31,709 nucleotides of DNA. Origin: an uncultured Planctomycetota bacterium. Its GTDB lineage: Bacteria > Planctomycetota > Planctomycetia > Pirellulales > Lacipirellulaceae. Position numbers and translations under genes: made by a program. How positions within the stretch are numbered: the stretch's first letter is position 1; the number at the start of each line of letters is the position of its first letter. Below, in pieces: positions 19,135 to 28,770 of the stretch. Below the pieces are notes generated by a model. The model had not been told where the DNA came from, did not search any database, and saw nothing but the letters and a program-made list of their open reading frames with translations. The stretch covers positions 1 to 31,709 of the forward strand of contig CAVRBU010000015.1 in assembly GCA_963719315.1 (NCBI GenBank), written 5' to 3'.

Positions 19135-19758
19135 CACCCGGCATTCGTGGGACCGCATTGAGCGGCGTCTAGCGGCGAAGCCGTGAAGATTTGAGTAAGC
19201 AACTTCGGTCCGTCAATATCCTTTTCTTGTAAGAGACGACTGCGACAAATTGCTGCACCAAAATAGCGGCGGCCTGCCGCATTACGACCGCCTCCGTAAT
19301 CGGGCGACACTAAGATTATCACTATGCATTATCCGCTGAACAAATTTTCCTCCAATTGATGATTTGGCATGACATTAGGGTTGATTTGATCTGGCAGGTT
19401 GCTCTAATCTCTTGCTGGAACATATCTAGTCGCAGATCAACCCTCTTGCGCTAAAGCGTTTAGCAATTCGGACGCCTTATTTCTAAGGCGAAGGCGTGAG
19501 TAGGTGTACGGAAGGATCCCGTTCACCATGCGTTCTACATATGAAGAACGCCGGTGGCCGATAACTACGCTGCCCCATTGGCGGTCATTGTACTGCGCAG
19601 TTTCGTTCTACCGTTCATATTGTTGCGCACCTATTGCCTAGATGCAGCGTTCGCCATGAAATCTTTTCGGCATCGATTCAGTGGACCTTTTAGCCGGTGA
19701 TTCGAGTTGGCAATTGGTAGCTGAAGTGGCTGTCGGAATCAAGTTGAGGGACCAGCGC

Positions 19759-22700
19759 ATGAATGTCAGTTTCTGGACTCGCGTACGGAATAGAATTGTT
19801 GCATTGTTGCACAGCGATTCGAGGCATAAAGAACAATGGTCACGAGTCCGATCCGCAAATACGCTGCGTCTGGAATATCTCGAACCGCGCCAATTACTCT
19901 CTGCAACTCCGATCACTTTCAATTCTTCCGAAGCAATCGTAGTAGTCCAAGGTACGGCTGATACAGACGCCGTTGATGTTTGGAACGATGCTGCCAATTT
20001 ATATGTCAGCATCGCCACCAACGGTAAAGCCACAATGGCCTCGTTTGATAAGTCGACTGTCGGGCTTGTGCAATTTTCTGGAGGAGACGGTGACGATCGC
20101 TTCTCAAACACGAGCAACGTGCGTTCATTGGTCTCCGGTGGCTCAGGAAACGATACCCTGATTGGCGGAACCGGCAACGATCAGCTTTACGGCGGTGACG
20201 GCGACGATGTGCTGATCGGCAATGAGGGCGACGATCAGCTCTACGGCGACGCCGGTGCCGATCTTCTCTCCGGCTGGGCCGGCAACGATCGACTCGATGG
20301 CGGTGCCGACAATGATTACCTCCTTGGCGGCGACGGCGACGACCTACTGATTGGCAATGAGGGCGACGATCAGCTCTACGGCGAAGCGGGCCAGGATGTG
20401 CTTTCCGGCTGGGCCGGCAACGATCGACTCGATGGCGGAACCGGCAATGACCAGCTCAATGGCGGTGACGGCGACGATGTGCTGATCGGCAATGAGGGCG
20501 ACGATCAGCTCTACGGCGACGCGGGTAACGATCAACTCTCCGGCTGGGCCGGCAACGATCGACTCGATGGCGGAACCGGCAATGACCAGCTCAATGGCGG
20601 CGACGGCGACGATGTGCTGATCGGCAATGAGGGCGACGATCAGCTCTACGGCGACGCCGGTGCCGATCTTCTCTCCGGCTGGGCCGGCAACGATCGACTC
20701 GATGGCGGTGCCGACAATGATTACCTCCTTGGCGGCGACGGCGACGACCTACTGATTGGCAATGAGGGCGACGATCAGCTCTACGGCGAAGCGGGCCAGG
20801 ATGTGCTTTCCGGCTGGGCCGGCAACGATCGACTCGATGGCGGAACCGGCAATGACCAGCTCAATGGCGGTGACGGCGACGATGTGCTGATCGGCAATGA
20901 GGGCGACGATCAGCTCTACGGCGACGCGGGTAACGATCAACTCTCCGGCTGGGCCGGCAACGATCGACTCGATGGCGGAACCGGCAATGACCAGCTCAAT
21001 GGCGGTGACGGCGACAACGTCCTGATCGGCAATGAGGGCGACGATCAGCTCTACGGCGACGCCGGTGCCGATCTTCTCTCCGGCTGGGCCGGCAACGATC
21101 GACTCGATGGCGGAACCGGCAATGACCAGCTCAATGGCGGCGACGGCGACGATGTGCTGATCGGCAATGAGGGCGACGATCAGCTCTACGGTGACGCCGG
21201 TGCCGATCAACTCTCCGGCTGGGCCGGCAACGATCGACTCGATGGCGGAACCGGCAATGACCAGCTCAATGGCGGCGACGGCGACGATGTGCTGATCGGC
21301 AATGAGGGCGACGATCAGCTCTACGGTGACGCCGGTGCCGATCTTCTCTCCGGCTGGGCCGGCAACGATCGACTCGATGGCGGAACCGGCAATGACCAGC
21401 TCAATGGCGGCGACGGCGACGATGTGCTGATCGGCAATGAGGGCGACGATCAGCTCTACGGCGAAGCGGGCCAGGATGTGCTTTCCGGCTGGGCCGGCAA
21501 CGATCGACTCGATGGCGGAACCGGCAATGACCAGCTCAATGGCGGTGACGGCGACGATGTGCTGATCGGCAATGAGGGCGACGATCAGCTCTACGGTGAC
21601 GCCGGTGCCGATCTTCTCTCCGGCTGGGCCGGCAACGATCGACTCGATGGCGGAACCGGCAATGACCAGCTCAATGGCGGTGACGGCGACGACGTGCTGA
21701 TCGGCAATGAGGGCGACGATCAGCTCTACGGCGAAGCGGGTAACGATCTGCTGCTTGGCGGCGATGATATCGATCAAGTTGTTGGTGGGACGGGCAACGA
21801 CGTATTAATCGGGGGCGCAGGCAAAGATAATCTCGCCGGCAGCGATGGCGACGATATTCTCATCGGCGGTTCGACCGAATACGACGCCGATCTCACCAAG
21901 CTTCGGGCAATTTCGGCGGCTTGGTCAAACGGAACCCCATACGCGACGCGCGTTCAAACCATAACCGATGCGCTATTCACTTCGACCCTGATTTCGGCGG
22001 ACGATCCAACGGTACACGCGGCCGTAGCGGGCGGCCACCTAATTGATGATCAAGTCTCCGATTCGCTCGGCGGCGGCAATGGCCAGGATTGGTTCCTCGA
22101 AACGGGCTATATGCCCATGTACCTGCCGTCCGACGTTGACGCTCCGCTGCAAGCCGAGCTCGCCAACGGAGTTAACCTCCTACAATGCGGCGATCAGGTC
22201 ATGAATCTCACAAATCAGGTGCCCACGCTCGAAGGCTTCAACCTCTTCGATTCACTCGACACCCTCAGTGATCGGCAAACAAGCGAAACCCTTACCTCGC
22301 TTGTCCCCAAAGCCGATAGCACGTCACTCGAAAAAGAGCACCTCGCGCTGATGCAACTCGTGCGCTACGACCAGATTGCGAACTACGCGATCCGTAGCGG
22401 TAATTGGTCTGATCCCACCGTCTGGCACGGCGGCGTCGTGCCCAGCACTGGAGCTCGTGTGTTGATTCCCGTCGGCGTCACTGTGCAGGTGGATGGGATG
22501 ATTCCGGCGCGGCTATCGACCGTTCGAGTTGACGGTTCGCTTTCATTCGATCCCACTCACAACGCGCAATTGCAAGTCGATACAATGATTGTGTCCGACT
22601 GCGGCGAATTTTACATGGGGACCGCAGCCACGCCAATTGCTCGCGGCGTTACCGCCAGACTTCTGATCACCGATAACGGCGCCATCGACCGCACCCGGGA

Positions 22701-24372
22701 CCCGTATGGAATCAGTCGTGGTCTTATCACTCAGGGAAGTGTGTCGATTTATGGCGCGGAAGTTACCTCCTATGCCGCCCTTGGTGCACCGGCGGTGAAA
22801 GGCACGCAGTTGCTCACGCTGAAGACGATTCCCGTAGGTTGGAATGTGGGCGACGAGCTTGTAGTCGCGTCGACTATTGCGGGCACGACACAGAATGAGG
22901 TCCGCTACGTTCAAGCGATTGTTGGGAATTCAGTGTTGCTCAATCAGGCGCTCTCCTACGATCACGTTGCGCCGGAGAACGATCTGGACGTTCACGTGGC
23001 GAACGTAAGTCGCAATGCCATAATCGAATCGGAAAGCACGGTGCTTGACCACCGTGGTCATGTGATGTTCATGCACAATCCCGATGTGAACATCGGCTAC
23101 GCCGGTTTCTACCACTTAGGCCGCACGGACAAAACGCAACCGATCAACGATCCGGTGGTGAACAGCGATTGGACCCTGGAGCCGGGCACGGGCACGAATC
23201 CCCGAGCCCGCTATGCGGTGCATTTCCACCGCACAGGCACGAGTATCGATAACGATCCGGCGGTTGTCGTCGGGAGCGCGGTTGTGGATAGTCCGGGTTG
23301 GGGATATGTCAACCACAGCAGCTACGTCGAGATGATCGGAAACGTCGCCTACGACGTGCACGGCGCGGCCTTTACGTCGGAAGTAGGCGACGAAACCGGC
23401 AGTTTCATCGGTAACATGGCAATCGGTACGTCGGGTTCAGGCGAGGCCGTCGAATCGCGTAAGGAGATCGGCGACTTTGGGCATCGCGGCGATGGGTTCT
23501 GGTTGCAAGGCGTCGGGGTCACGGTCGAAAACAACGTTTCCGCTGGAAATGCCGGCAGCGCGTTCACCTTATTTGCCCGGTCCCTCGGCCACGCGCAGTT
23601 CAAATCGGCCAATTTGCCTGATCCCTCGATTGCCGGCGGAGCCGCGACGATCGACATCGGCAAAATGCCTGTGGCCGGATTTGCGAACAATGTTGGCTAT
23701 GCTTCGGCTGCAGGACTGGAAGCCTGGTATCTCATGGAAAACGACACGGCCGGCCTGTATAGCGTGATTCAAAACTCCGCGTTTTGGAATAACACGGCCG
23801 GCATTCGCATTCCGTATGCCCACCAAACAATCCTCGATCAACTCAAAGTGATCTATGCCGGGCCAGAAGCAAAACCGCAGTATGGCATTGGCACGAATGG
23901 GGCAACGCAAGACATCATCTACAATGGGCTTACCGTTCAGGGTTACGACACTGGAATCGACCTTCCTCGGCAAGGTATGTCGATCATCAATGATGTAACC
24001 TTTGGCAACAATTATCGTGATATCTTAATCCAATCCGGCGCCGACAGGCACGCTTTGATCACCGGGCTGCAGTCTGTGCCGCGAATCGTCATGGATCTCG
24101 ATACAAGAGGCATAATCACGAGCCTCGATCATCTGTTCTACGATGATGTCGTAATCCTCGATTTTGGTCCGTTCAGCAATCAGCGTTTATATTACACCCA
24201 GCAGGAGGCGAACACCGTGCTCTTCTCGGCGCCGCGCGAAGGCGTGCCGCCCGAGTACGTGGGTTTAATCAATCAGAAGTTGTGGAAACGCTATGGTGTC
24301 GCCTTAGGTGGGGCGCTTGCGCCTGACAACGCGTATACGGCGGCGAACATCACGGGACTAATCGGGCCCTAA
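19759..24372 (+). CDS. Large secreted protein: LEPR-XLL motif, RTX/hemolysin-type Ca-binding repeats, G8 domain and beta-helix region
   Basis: GAGGGA before ATG 19759; LRLEYLEPRQLLS; over 60 GGxGxDxLx nonapeptides; G8-like SGNWSDPTVWHGGVVP..RVLIP; then RGHVMFMH, LGRTDK, RYAVHFH and NVAYDVHGAAF. Confidence 0.85.
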   Translation: MNVSFWTRVRNRIVALLHSDSRHKEQWSRVRSANTLRLEYLEPRQLLSATPITFNSSEAIVVVQGTADTDAVDVWNDAANLYVSIATNGKATMASFDKSTVGLVQFSGGDGDDRFSNTSNVRSLVSGGSGNDTLIGGTGNDQLYGGDGDDVLIGNEGDDQLYGDAGADLLSGWAGNDRLDGGADNDYLLGGDGDDLLIGNEGDDQLYGEAGQDVLSGWAGNDRLDGGTGNDQLNGGDGDDVLIGNEGDDQLYGDAGNDQLSGWAGNDRLDGGTGNDQLNGGDGDDVLIGNEGDDQLYGDAGADLLSGWAGNDRLDGGADNDYLLGGDGDDLLIGNEGDDQLYGEAGQDVLSGWAGNDRLDGGTGNDQLNGGDGDDVLIGNEGDDQLYGDAGNDQLSGWAGNDRLDGGTGNDQLNGGDGDNVLIGNEGDDQLYGDAGADLLSGWAGNDRLDGGTGNDQLNGGDGDDVLIGNEGDDQLYGDAGADQLSGWAGNDRLDGGTGNDQLNGGDGDDVLIGNEGDDQLYGDAGADLLSGWAGNDRLDGGTGNDQLNGGDGDDVLIGNEGDDQLYGEAGQDVLSGWAGNDRLDGGTGNDQLNGGDGDDVLIGNEGDDQLYGDAGADLLSGWAGNDRLDGGTGNDQLNGGDGDDVLIGNEGDDQLYGEAGNDLLLGGDDIDQVVGGTGNDVLIGGAGKDNLAGSDGDDILIGGSTEYDADLTKLRAISAAWSNGTPYATRVQTITDALFTSTLISADDPTVHAAVAGGHLIDDQVSDSLGGGNGQDWFLETGYMPMYLPSDVDAPLQAELANGVNLLQCGDQVMNLTNQVPTLEGFNLFDSLDTLSDRQTSETLTSLVPKADSTSLEKEHLALMQLVRYDQIANYAIRSGNWSDPTVWHGGVVPSTGARVLIPVGVTVQVDGMIPARLSTVRVDGSLSFDPTHNAQLQVDTMIVSDCGEFYMGTAATPIARGVTARLLITDNGAIDRTRDPYGISRGLITQGSVSIYGAEVTSYAALGAPAVKGTQLLTLKTIPVGWNVGDELVVASTIAGTTQNEVRYVQAIVGNSVLLNQALSYDHVAPENDLDVHVANVSRNAIIESESTVLDHRGHVMFMHNPDVNIGYAGFYHLGRTDKTQPINDPVVNSDWTLEPGTGTNPRARYAVHFHRTGTSIDNDPAVVVGSAVVDSPGWGYVNHSSYVEMIGNVAYDVHGAAFTSEVGDETGSFIGNMAIGTSGSGEAVESRKEIGDFGHRGDGFWLQGVGVTVENNVSAGNAGSAFTLFARSLGHAQFKSANLPDPSIAGGAATIDIGKMPVAGFANNVGYASAAGLEAWYLMENDTAGLYSVIQNSAFWNNTAGIRIPYAHQTILDQLKVIYAGPEAKPQYGIGTNGATQDIIYNGLTVQGYDTGIDLPRQGMSIINDVTFGNNYRDILIQSGADRHALITGLQSVPRIVMDLDTRGIITSLDHLFYDDVVILDFGPFSNQRLYYTQQEANTVLFSAPREGVPPEYVGLINQKLWKRYGVALGGALAPDNAYTAANITGLIGP
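20164..21756 (+). repeat. Intragenic tandem array, 135-bp unit (5 x 27 bp), about 11.8 copies
   Basis: AATGAGGGCGACGATCAGCTCTACGG recurs at 20221, 20356, 20491 and onward to 21706, at exact 135-nt spacing (12 occurrences). Confidence 0.97.
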
Positions 24373-24542
24373 AGTACGGTGAAGTGCGATCGGCAGGGCG
24401 ACGGATTGGCATCGCGCAGACAAGCGGGAGGTGACGCATTCACCGCCGCCGCTCGGCCCCCCGTGAGACACCCCTGACACCAGCTGCGCGAACTATCGCC
24501 AGGCAAGTGGCCGTATATTATGCTGGTGGTTGTGGGAGCCCT

Positions 24543-25745
24543 ATGACCAACGAAACCGCCGATCCAGCCCACGTTGCCATGCTCGTTCAGGGGGATGAAG
24601 TCTACGGAATCGGCACCATCGAAAAACTCTATGCCGAGTTCTGGCCCGGTATGACCTTTGTCTGTCTAGGAAAAGGAGCGCTCCATGATTGGCTCCTCGC
24701 GCGTCGGGCAAAAGTTGAATTGGTCGAGGGCATGGTAAGGTTTGGCGAACGGAACTCCTTGGCGACGGTTGCTCGGATGCCGCTCGTCTTTCGACGGGCG
24801 AAGCGCAACGCGCTTCGGATTCACGAACGCCTCGCCGGCCGCGGAATTCGCATCATCCATGCGCAGTGGCGACCTCAACAGATCATGGCCGGTTATCTCC
24901 GCCGGCTCGGGTACCGGTCCGTGTGGCAAATCAACAATAACATGTCTCGAACGCGGCTTTATGGAATGGGAGTGAAGTTGAGTCACCGGCTCGTTCAATG
25001 GGGCGCCGACTTGCTGTTGCCGGCGAGCGACTACATCGCTGCCAATTGGCGGGGCTGCGGCGTGCCCATCAAAACGATTCGCAATGCGGCCGTGCCGCTC
25101 TTTGCCGCTCCCAGCGTGCTGCCACTCGACGGACCCGTGCGAACACTCGTCGCGGGCCGTCTTGAAACGACCAAGGGACATCACGTGGCCGTCGAGGCTG
25201 TGGCGGCCGCCCGTCGAGCGGGGTGCGACGTGACGCTCGATGTGTTCGGCGGACCGCTGGATAACAATCCGTATGCCGAGCAGCTTCGCCGTACGATTGC
25301 CGCTGCCGGAATCGGCGCCGCGGTCCGACTTGTGGGCTTTTGCGATGATCTCCGCCAACGTCATCAACAGTATCACCTCGGCCTGCAATGCCGCATCACT
25401 CCGGAACCGTGTAGCCTGTGGGTTTGCGAAACACTCGTCGATGGCCTGCCGCTGATCGCATCGGCCAGTGGCGGCACGCCGGAGCTGGTCGCCGACGGCG
25501 CCACCGGCTACCTCTACCCACCGGGCTCGGTCGATGCCTTGGCCCAGCGACTCATTCAATTGTGTCGCGATCGCCAACTACTGGCCAACATGCGGCAAGC
25601 AGCCTTCGAGCGCGGGGCTAGGCAGTTTACCATCCAGCGATTTCTCGATGAAACATTGTCCGCTTACGCCGGCTTGGAACAATCAAATGCGAAAGTCGGC
25701 AATTGTTCGCTCTCCGTCAGCAAGGAATTCCGACCATTCGACTGA
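24543..25745 (+). CDS. GT4 glycosyltransferase
   Basis: AGRLETTKGHH and EPCSLWVCETLVDGLPLIASASGGTPELV; start is ATG 24543 or GTG 24507. Confidence 0.85.
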   Translation: MTNETADPAHVAMLVQGDEVYGIGTIEKLYAEFWPGMTFVCLGKGALHDWLLARRAKVELVEGMVRFGERNSLATVARMPLVFRRAKRNALRIHERLAGRGIRIIHAQWRPQQIMAGYLRRLGYRSVWQINNNMSRTRLYGMGVKLSHRLVQWGADLLLPASDYIAANWRGCGVPIKTIRNAAVPLFAAPSVLPLDGPVRTLVAGRLETTKGHHVAVEAVAAARRAGCDVTLDVFGGPLDNNPYAEQLRRTIAAAGIGAAVRLVGFCDDLRQRHQQYHLGLQCRITPEPCSLWVCETLVDGLPLIASASGGTPELVADGATGYLYPPGSVDALAQRLIQLCRDRQLLANMRQAAFERGARQFTIQRFLDETLSAYAGLEQSNAKVGNCSLSVSKEFRPFD

Positions 25746-26498
25746 GTTTGCGAAAGGCGCGCATCGGGATCGTATGAGCCGACCTCCGAACCAACGTGCG
25801 AAATAGGGGCTCGCATTTAGCGGTGATCGCCAAGGGCGCGGTCCGAGGTTCGGGCTTCAGAACGGCAAGCGCGAATCCGCCCCATAGCTGACGATAGAAT
25901 TCTTTTGAAAAGTTCATTGCGCCGGCGACGAAATCGAGCTCCACGGAATGGACATACGGATTCTCCGACCAGCCGCGGTGCGAATGCCACGCCGCTCAAA
26001 TGGATTAAAACTGTCGTGCATGATCACATACAACGTGCACGCCGGCCGATAATCGCGCAACGCATGAATGTCCCCCTGAATGCCTGACTCGGAATGGTCG
26101 CCATCGATCAGGAGCATGCTGAGCGGGACCGCCTCTTGCTGCAGTTTCGCCAGCAAGGGGGGCAAGGTTTGCTGCGACGGGCCAACGATGAATTCGGCGT
26201 TCGGGTATTTATGGCCAAAGCGGTCCCGGCACGTGGGATCGATATCGCATGAAATCACCCGCTTCGCGTACCGGCTGAACACTTGCATGCTCCCGCCAAA
26301 GCGAGAACCCACCTCGACCACGCACTCCGGACGGAGTTTCTGTGCAAACGCGAGCAAACAGGTCTGCTCGCTGATTTCCATTTGCCATTCGACTTGCGTG
26401 TCGAGGCCGAACAGGGCGGCATAGTCCTCCAACGCAGAAGCACCATTACGACTGCTACCGGCGCCTACGCGATCCAGTTGTTCGTGTTCCATATTCAT
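25717..26498 (-). CDS. Class I SAM-dependent methyltransferase (Methyltransf_24-like; frameshift at ~25973)
   Basis: VVEVGSRFGGS, LLIDGDHS and IMHDSFNP. After a one-base loss it continues WSENPYVHSVELDFVAG...LWGGFALAVL into the 25717..25944 ORF. Confidence 0.8.
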
Positions 26499-26776
26499 TC
26501 GTTAACAATAGAAGCGGATTTCGTCGAGCGTAACTTCACGCGTGCCAGTCCGTTGTAGTGATTAATAGGTTGAAACGATTTCATGTCGGTTGCATGGATT
26601 GTGCCGGCCGAACAGTCGGCAGGCCCGAGAATCAAAGTAGCATCAAGCTTATTATGACGCGATAATGCCGAATTTCCACCATTGAACTGCCTAGACTGTC
26701 GTTGCACTCGGCTTTCTCGCCGGCCCATTGCTCCGACGACAATTTCCTTCTTTTGGTTTATACTATCTCTAAGGTG

Positions 26777-26840
26777 GTAGCTGAATTCGCAAGAACTCAA
26801 TGCAGAGCGGTGTTTTGTGAATTCTTGCGAATTCAGCTAC
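26777..26840. repeat. Perfect 19-bp inverted repeat followed by a T-run (possible terminator/attenuator)
   Basis: GTAGCTGAATTCGCAAGAA (26777-26795) and TTCTTGCGAATTCAGCTAC (26822-26840), then GGTTTTT. Confidence 0.85.
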
Positions 26841-27118
26841 GGTTTTTGAAAAAGGTTTTTAAGACTTTCGTCGGATTGCTTGCCGCCGCGGCGACCGGCA
26901 TCGATCACGTTCAGCGCCACTGGAAGCGGTCCATCGCCCTTCGTCAATCTTCTTATTTGATACGTGAGCCATTACTGCAAAGCGTCCGTAATGGTCACAA
27001 ACGATCAATTTTCGCCCGGCCGCAGCAATGTTCGCATAACGCACGTGGCAATTCCAAGCGAACCTCGCGTTCAGAAGCTGGCTAAGCTTACGTTAACCCC
27101 TCAATCTTTCTTCTATTG

Positions 27119-28672
27119 ATGCTGTCCGTGGTTAGTAAGGCCGATCGTGAGGAGCCCTCCGGAAATCCCGAATTAGGGGGTCGGCCGGGGGCACAAGATC
27201 CGCGCGCGGCCGGCACCGGAACGATGGTCGCGGCCGGGACCATGTGGGTCATGCTGCAAACGGTCCTCACCAAGGGCGTGATGGTCGTGGGGCAGTTGAT
27301 TCTGGCTTGGTTGCTGAGCCCCGACGACTTTGGCGAAATCGGGCTCGCCTATACGGTGATCGCATTCGTCACGCTCATTACCAATCCAGGCATCGACCTG
27401 ATTCTCCTCCGGCGTGGTCAACGGTTTCATTTGTGGAGCACGCCAGCCTTTTATTTCACGCTCGCAACGGGCGTCTTAGGTTGCATCACGATATTGGTTG
27501 CCGCGCCGCTCGTCGCGCATCTCTACGAGTCGCCGCAGATCGTGGGACTCCTGGTTGTGTTGGCGCTGTCGACGCCGATTGGTGTTCTGCAGCTCGTTCC
27601 GATCGCGAAATTGCGTTCGGAGATGAATTTCAAAATGGCTTCCGCGATCGCCCTGGGGCAATCGGTGCTGCAAACGGTGTTGACGGTCGCGTTTGCCGCA
27701 ATGGGGGCAGGAGTTTACGCGTTCGTACTTCCAGTGCCCGTGGTGTATGCAGTCGTTGCCATCGTGCTGTGGCGAATCGCGCACCCCATCGTTCACTCCC
27801 GCGATCGCTTCCGGTATTGGCGATACTTGATTGGCGACAGCAGTTACATCTTTGGCCAGCGGTTACTCGTTACGATCGTGATGCAAGGCGACTATATTAT
27901 CCTCGGCGCCCTGTACGGAGCCGCGGTCGTCGGTCCGTATTTCTTCGCATACGGAGTTGCGACACAAGCGATCCGCTTGACGGCCGGGTCGCTGCAATTG
28001 GTGCTGATGGCCGGCCTGGCGCGAATGCCTGCCTTTTCAGATCAGCAGACGCAAGGCGCCTTGCGAGCCACTAGAGCAATCGCACTTTGCGGGATGCCAC
28101 TCTGCATGCTGCAAGCCGCCCTGGCCGGCCCGTTGTTGCACGCCTTCTATGGCCAGAAATGGGCGGCGGCAATCCCCCTAGTTCAACTCTTAAGTATCGG
28201 TTTGGCATTCGACGTGGTTTCTTGGCCGGCCTGCAGTCTCCTGCAATCGCGTGGGCAATTCCGTTTCATGTTTTTTTGGTCATGTATGACCGCTACGCTG
28301 TTCATGCTGTCGGTCTTTATCGGAGCATACTTGGGCAAAGCCGTCGGTGCCGCCTTGGCCGTCGGTCTTTTCTACGCCGTGTTTTCGCCGCCGTTGGGGT
28401 TTTGGGTATTCCGGACTTCAAACGTAAAGACCCGCGACATTGCAGACATCTACATCAGGCCGTTGCTGGTTGGTCTTATTTCGCTTGGGGCCACGCTTGG
28501 AACCATATGGTTGTCGGCAGAGTTGTCGCCTTTCCTGCAGGTGGGAATGGCGGCAATTGTTGGGATGTTAACAATGGTTGCTGCGGCGCGATCGATTTCG
28601 CCCGATGCCTGGAACGACATCTTAACAAAACTGGTGAGCATGTTTCCAAACCACGCGCTGACCAGTACGTGA
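27119..28672 (+). CDS. wzx: Wzx-type polysaccharide flippase (PST/MOP family)
   Basis: LILAWLLSPDDFGEIG, many TM helices, GAGVYAFV and GDYIILGALYGAAVVGPYFFA; exact start uncertain. Confidence 0.85.
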   Translation: MLSVVSKADREEPSGNPELGGRPGAQDPRAAGTGTMVAAGTMWVMLQTVLTKGVMVVGQLILAWLLSPDDFGEIGLAYTVIAFVTLITNPGIDLILLRRGQRFHLWSTPAFYFTLATGVLGCITILVAAPLVAHLYESPQIVGLLVVLALSTPIGVLQLVPIAKLRSEMNFKMASAIALGQSVLQTVLTVAFAAMGAGVYAFVLPVPVVYAVVAIVLWRIAHPIVHSRDRFRYWRYLIGDSSYIFGQRLLVTIVMQGDYIILGALYGAAVVGPYFFAYGVATQAIRLTAGSLQLVLMAGLARMPAFSDQQTQGALRATRAIALCGMPLCMLQAALAGPLLHAFYGQKWAAAIPLVQLLSIGLAFDVVSWPACSLLQSRGQFRFMFFWSCMTATLFMLSVFIGAYLGKAVGAALAVGLFYAVFSPPLGFWVFRTSNVKTRDIADIYIRPLLVGLISLGATLGTIWLSAELSPFLQVGMAAIVGMLTMVAAARSISPDAWNDILTKLVSMFPNHALTST

Positions 28673-28770
28673 GAATAGTCTGGCCTAGCTCCGTCCGTCA
28701 ATGAAATCTGGCCACACGTAGTAAGTAGTCAGTCTGACATTTATTAAGCGTTTCTTAGTGAAGATATGAA

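Noticed and set aside
19557..19564. GCCGATAA sigma28-like -10 box upstream of the RTX gene (another lies in the wbaP leader)
   Set aside because: No TAAA -35 element at the expected spacing.
20164..21756. Regularly spaced repeats as a possible CRISPR array
   Set aside because: The repeats are contiguous, in-frame and coding, with no unique spacers and no cas genes.
20749..21777. 342-aa repetitive hydrophobic ORF on the minus strand
   Set aside because: Antisense shadow of the RTX array; it has no independent start signals or family features.
24666..28074. Long alternative-frame ORFs 24666..25577 (-) and 27244..28074 (+)
   Set aside because: They overlap well-supported GT4 and wzx genes and have no recognisable motifs, as expected in GC-rich DNA.
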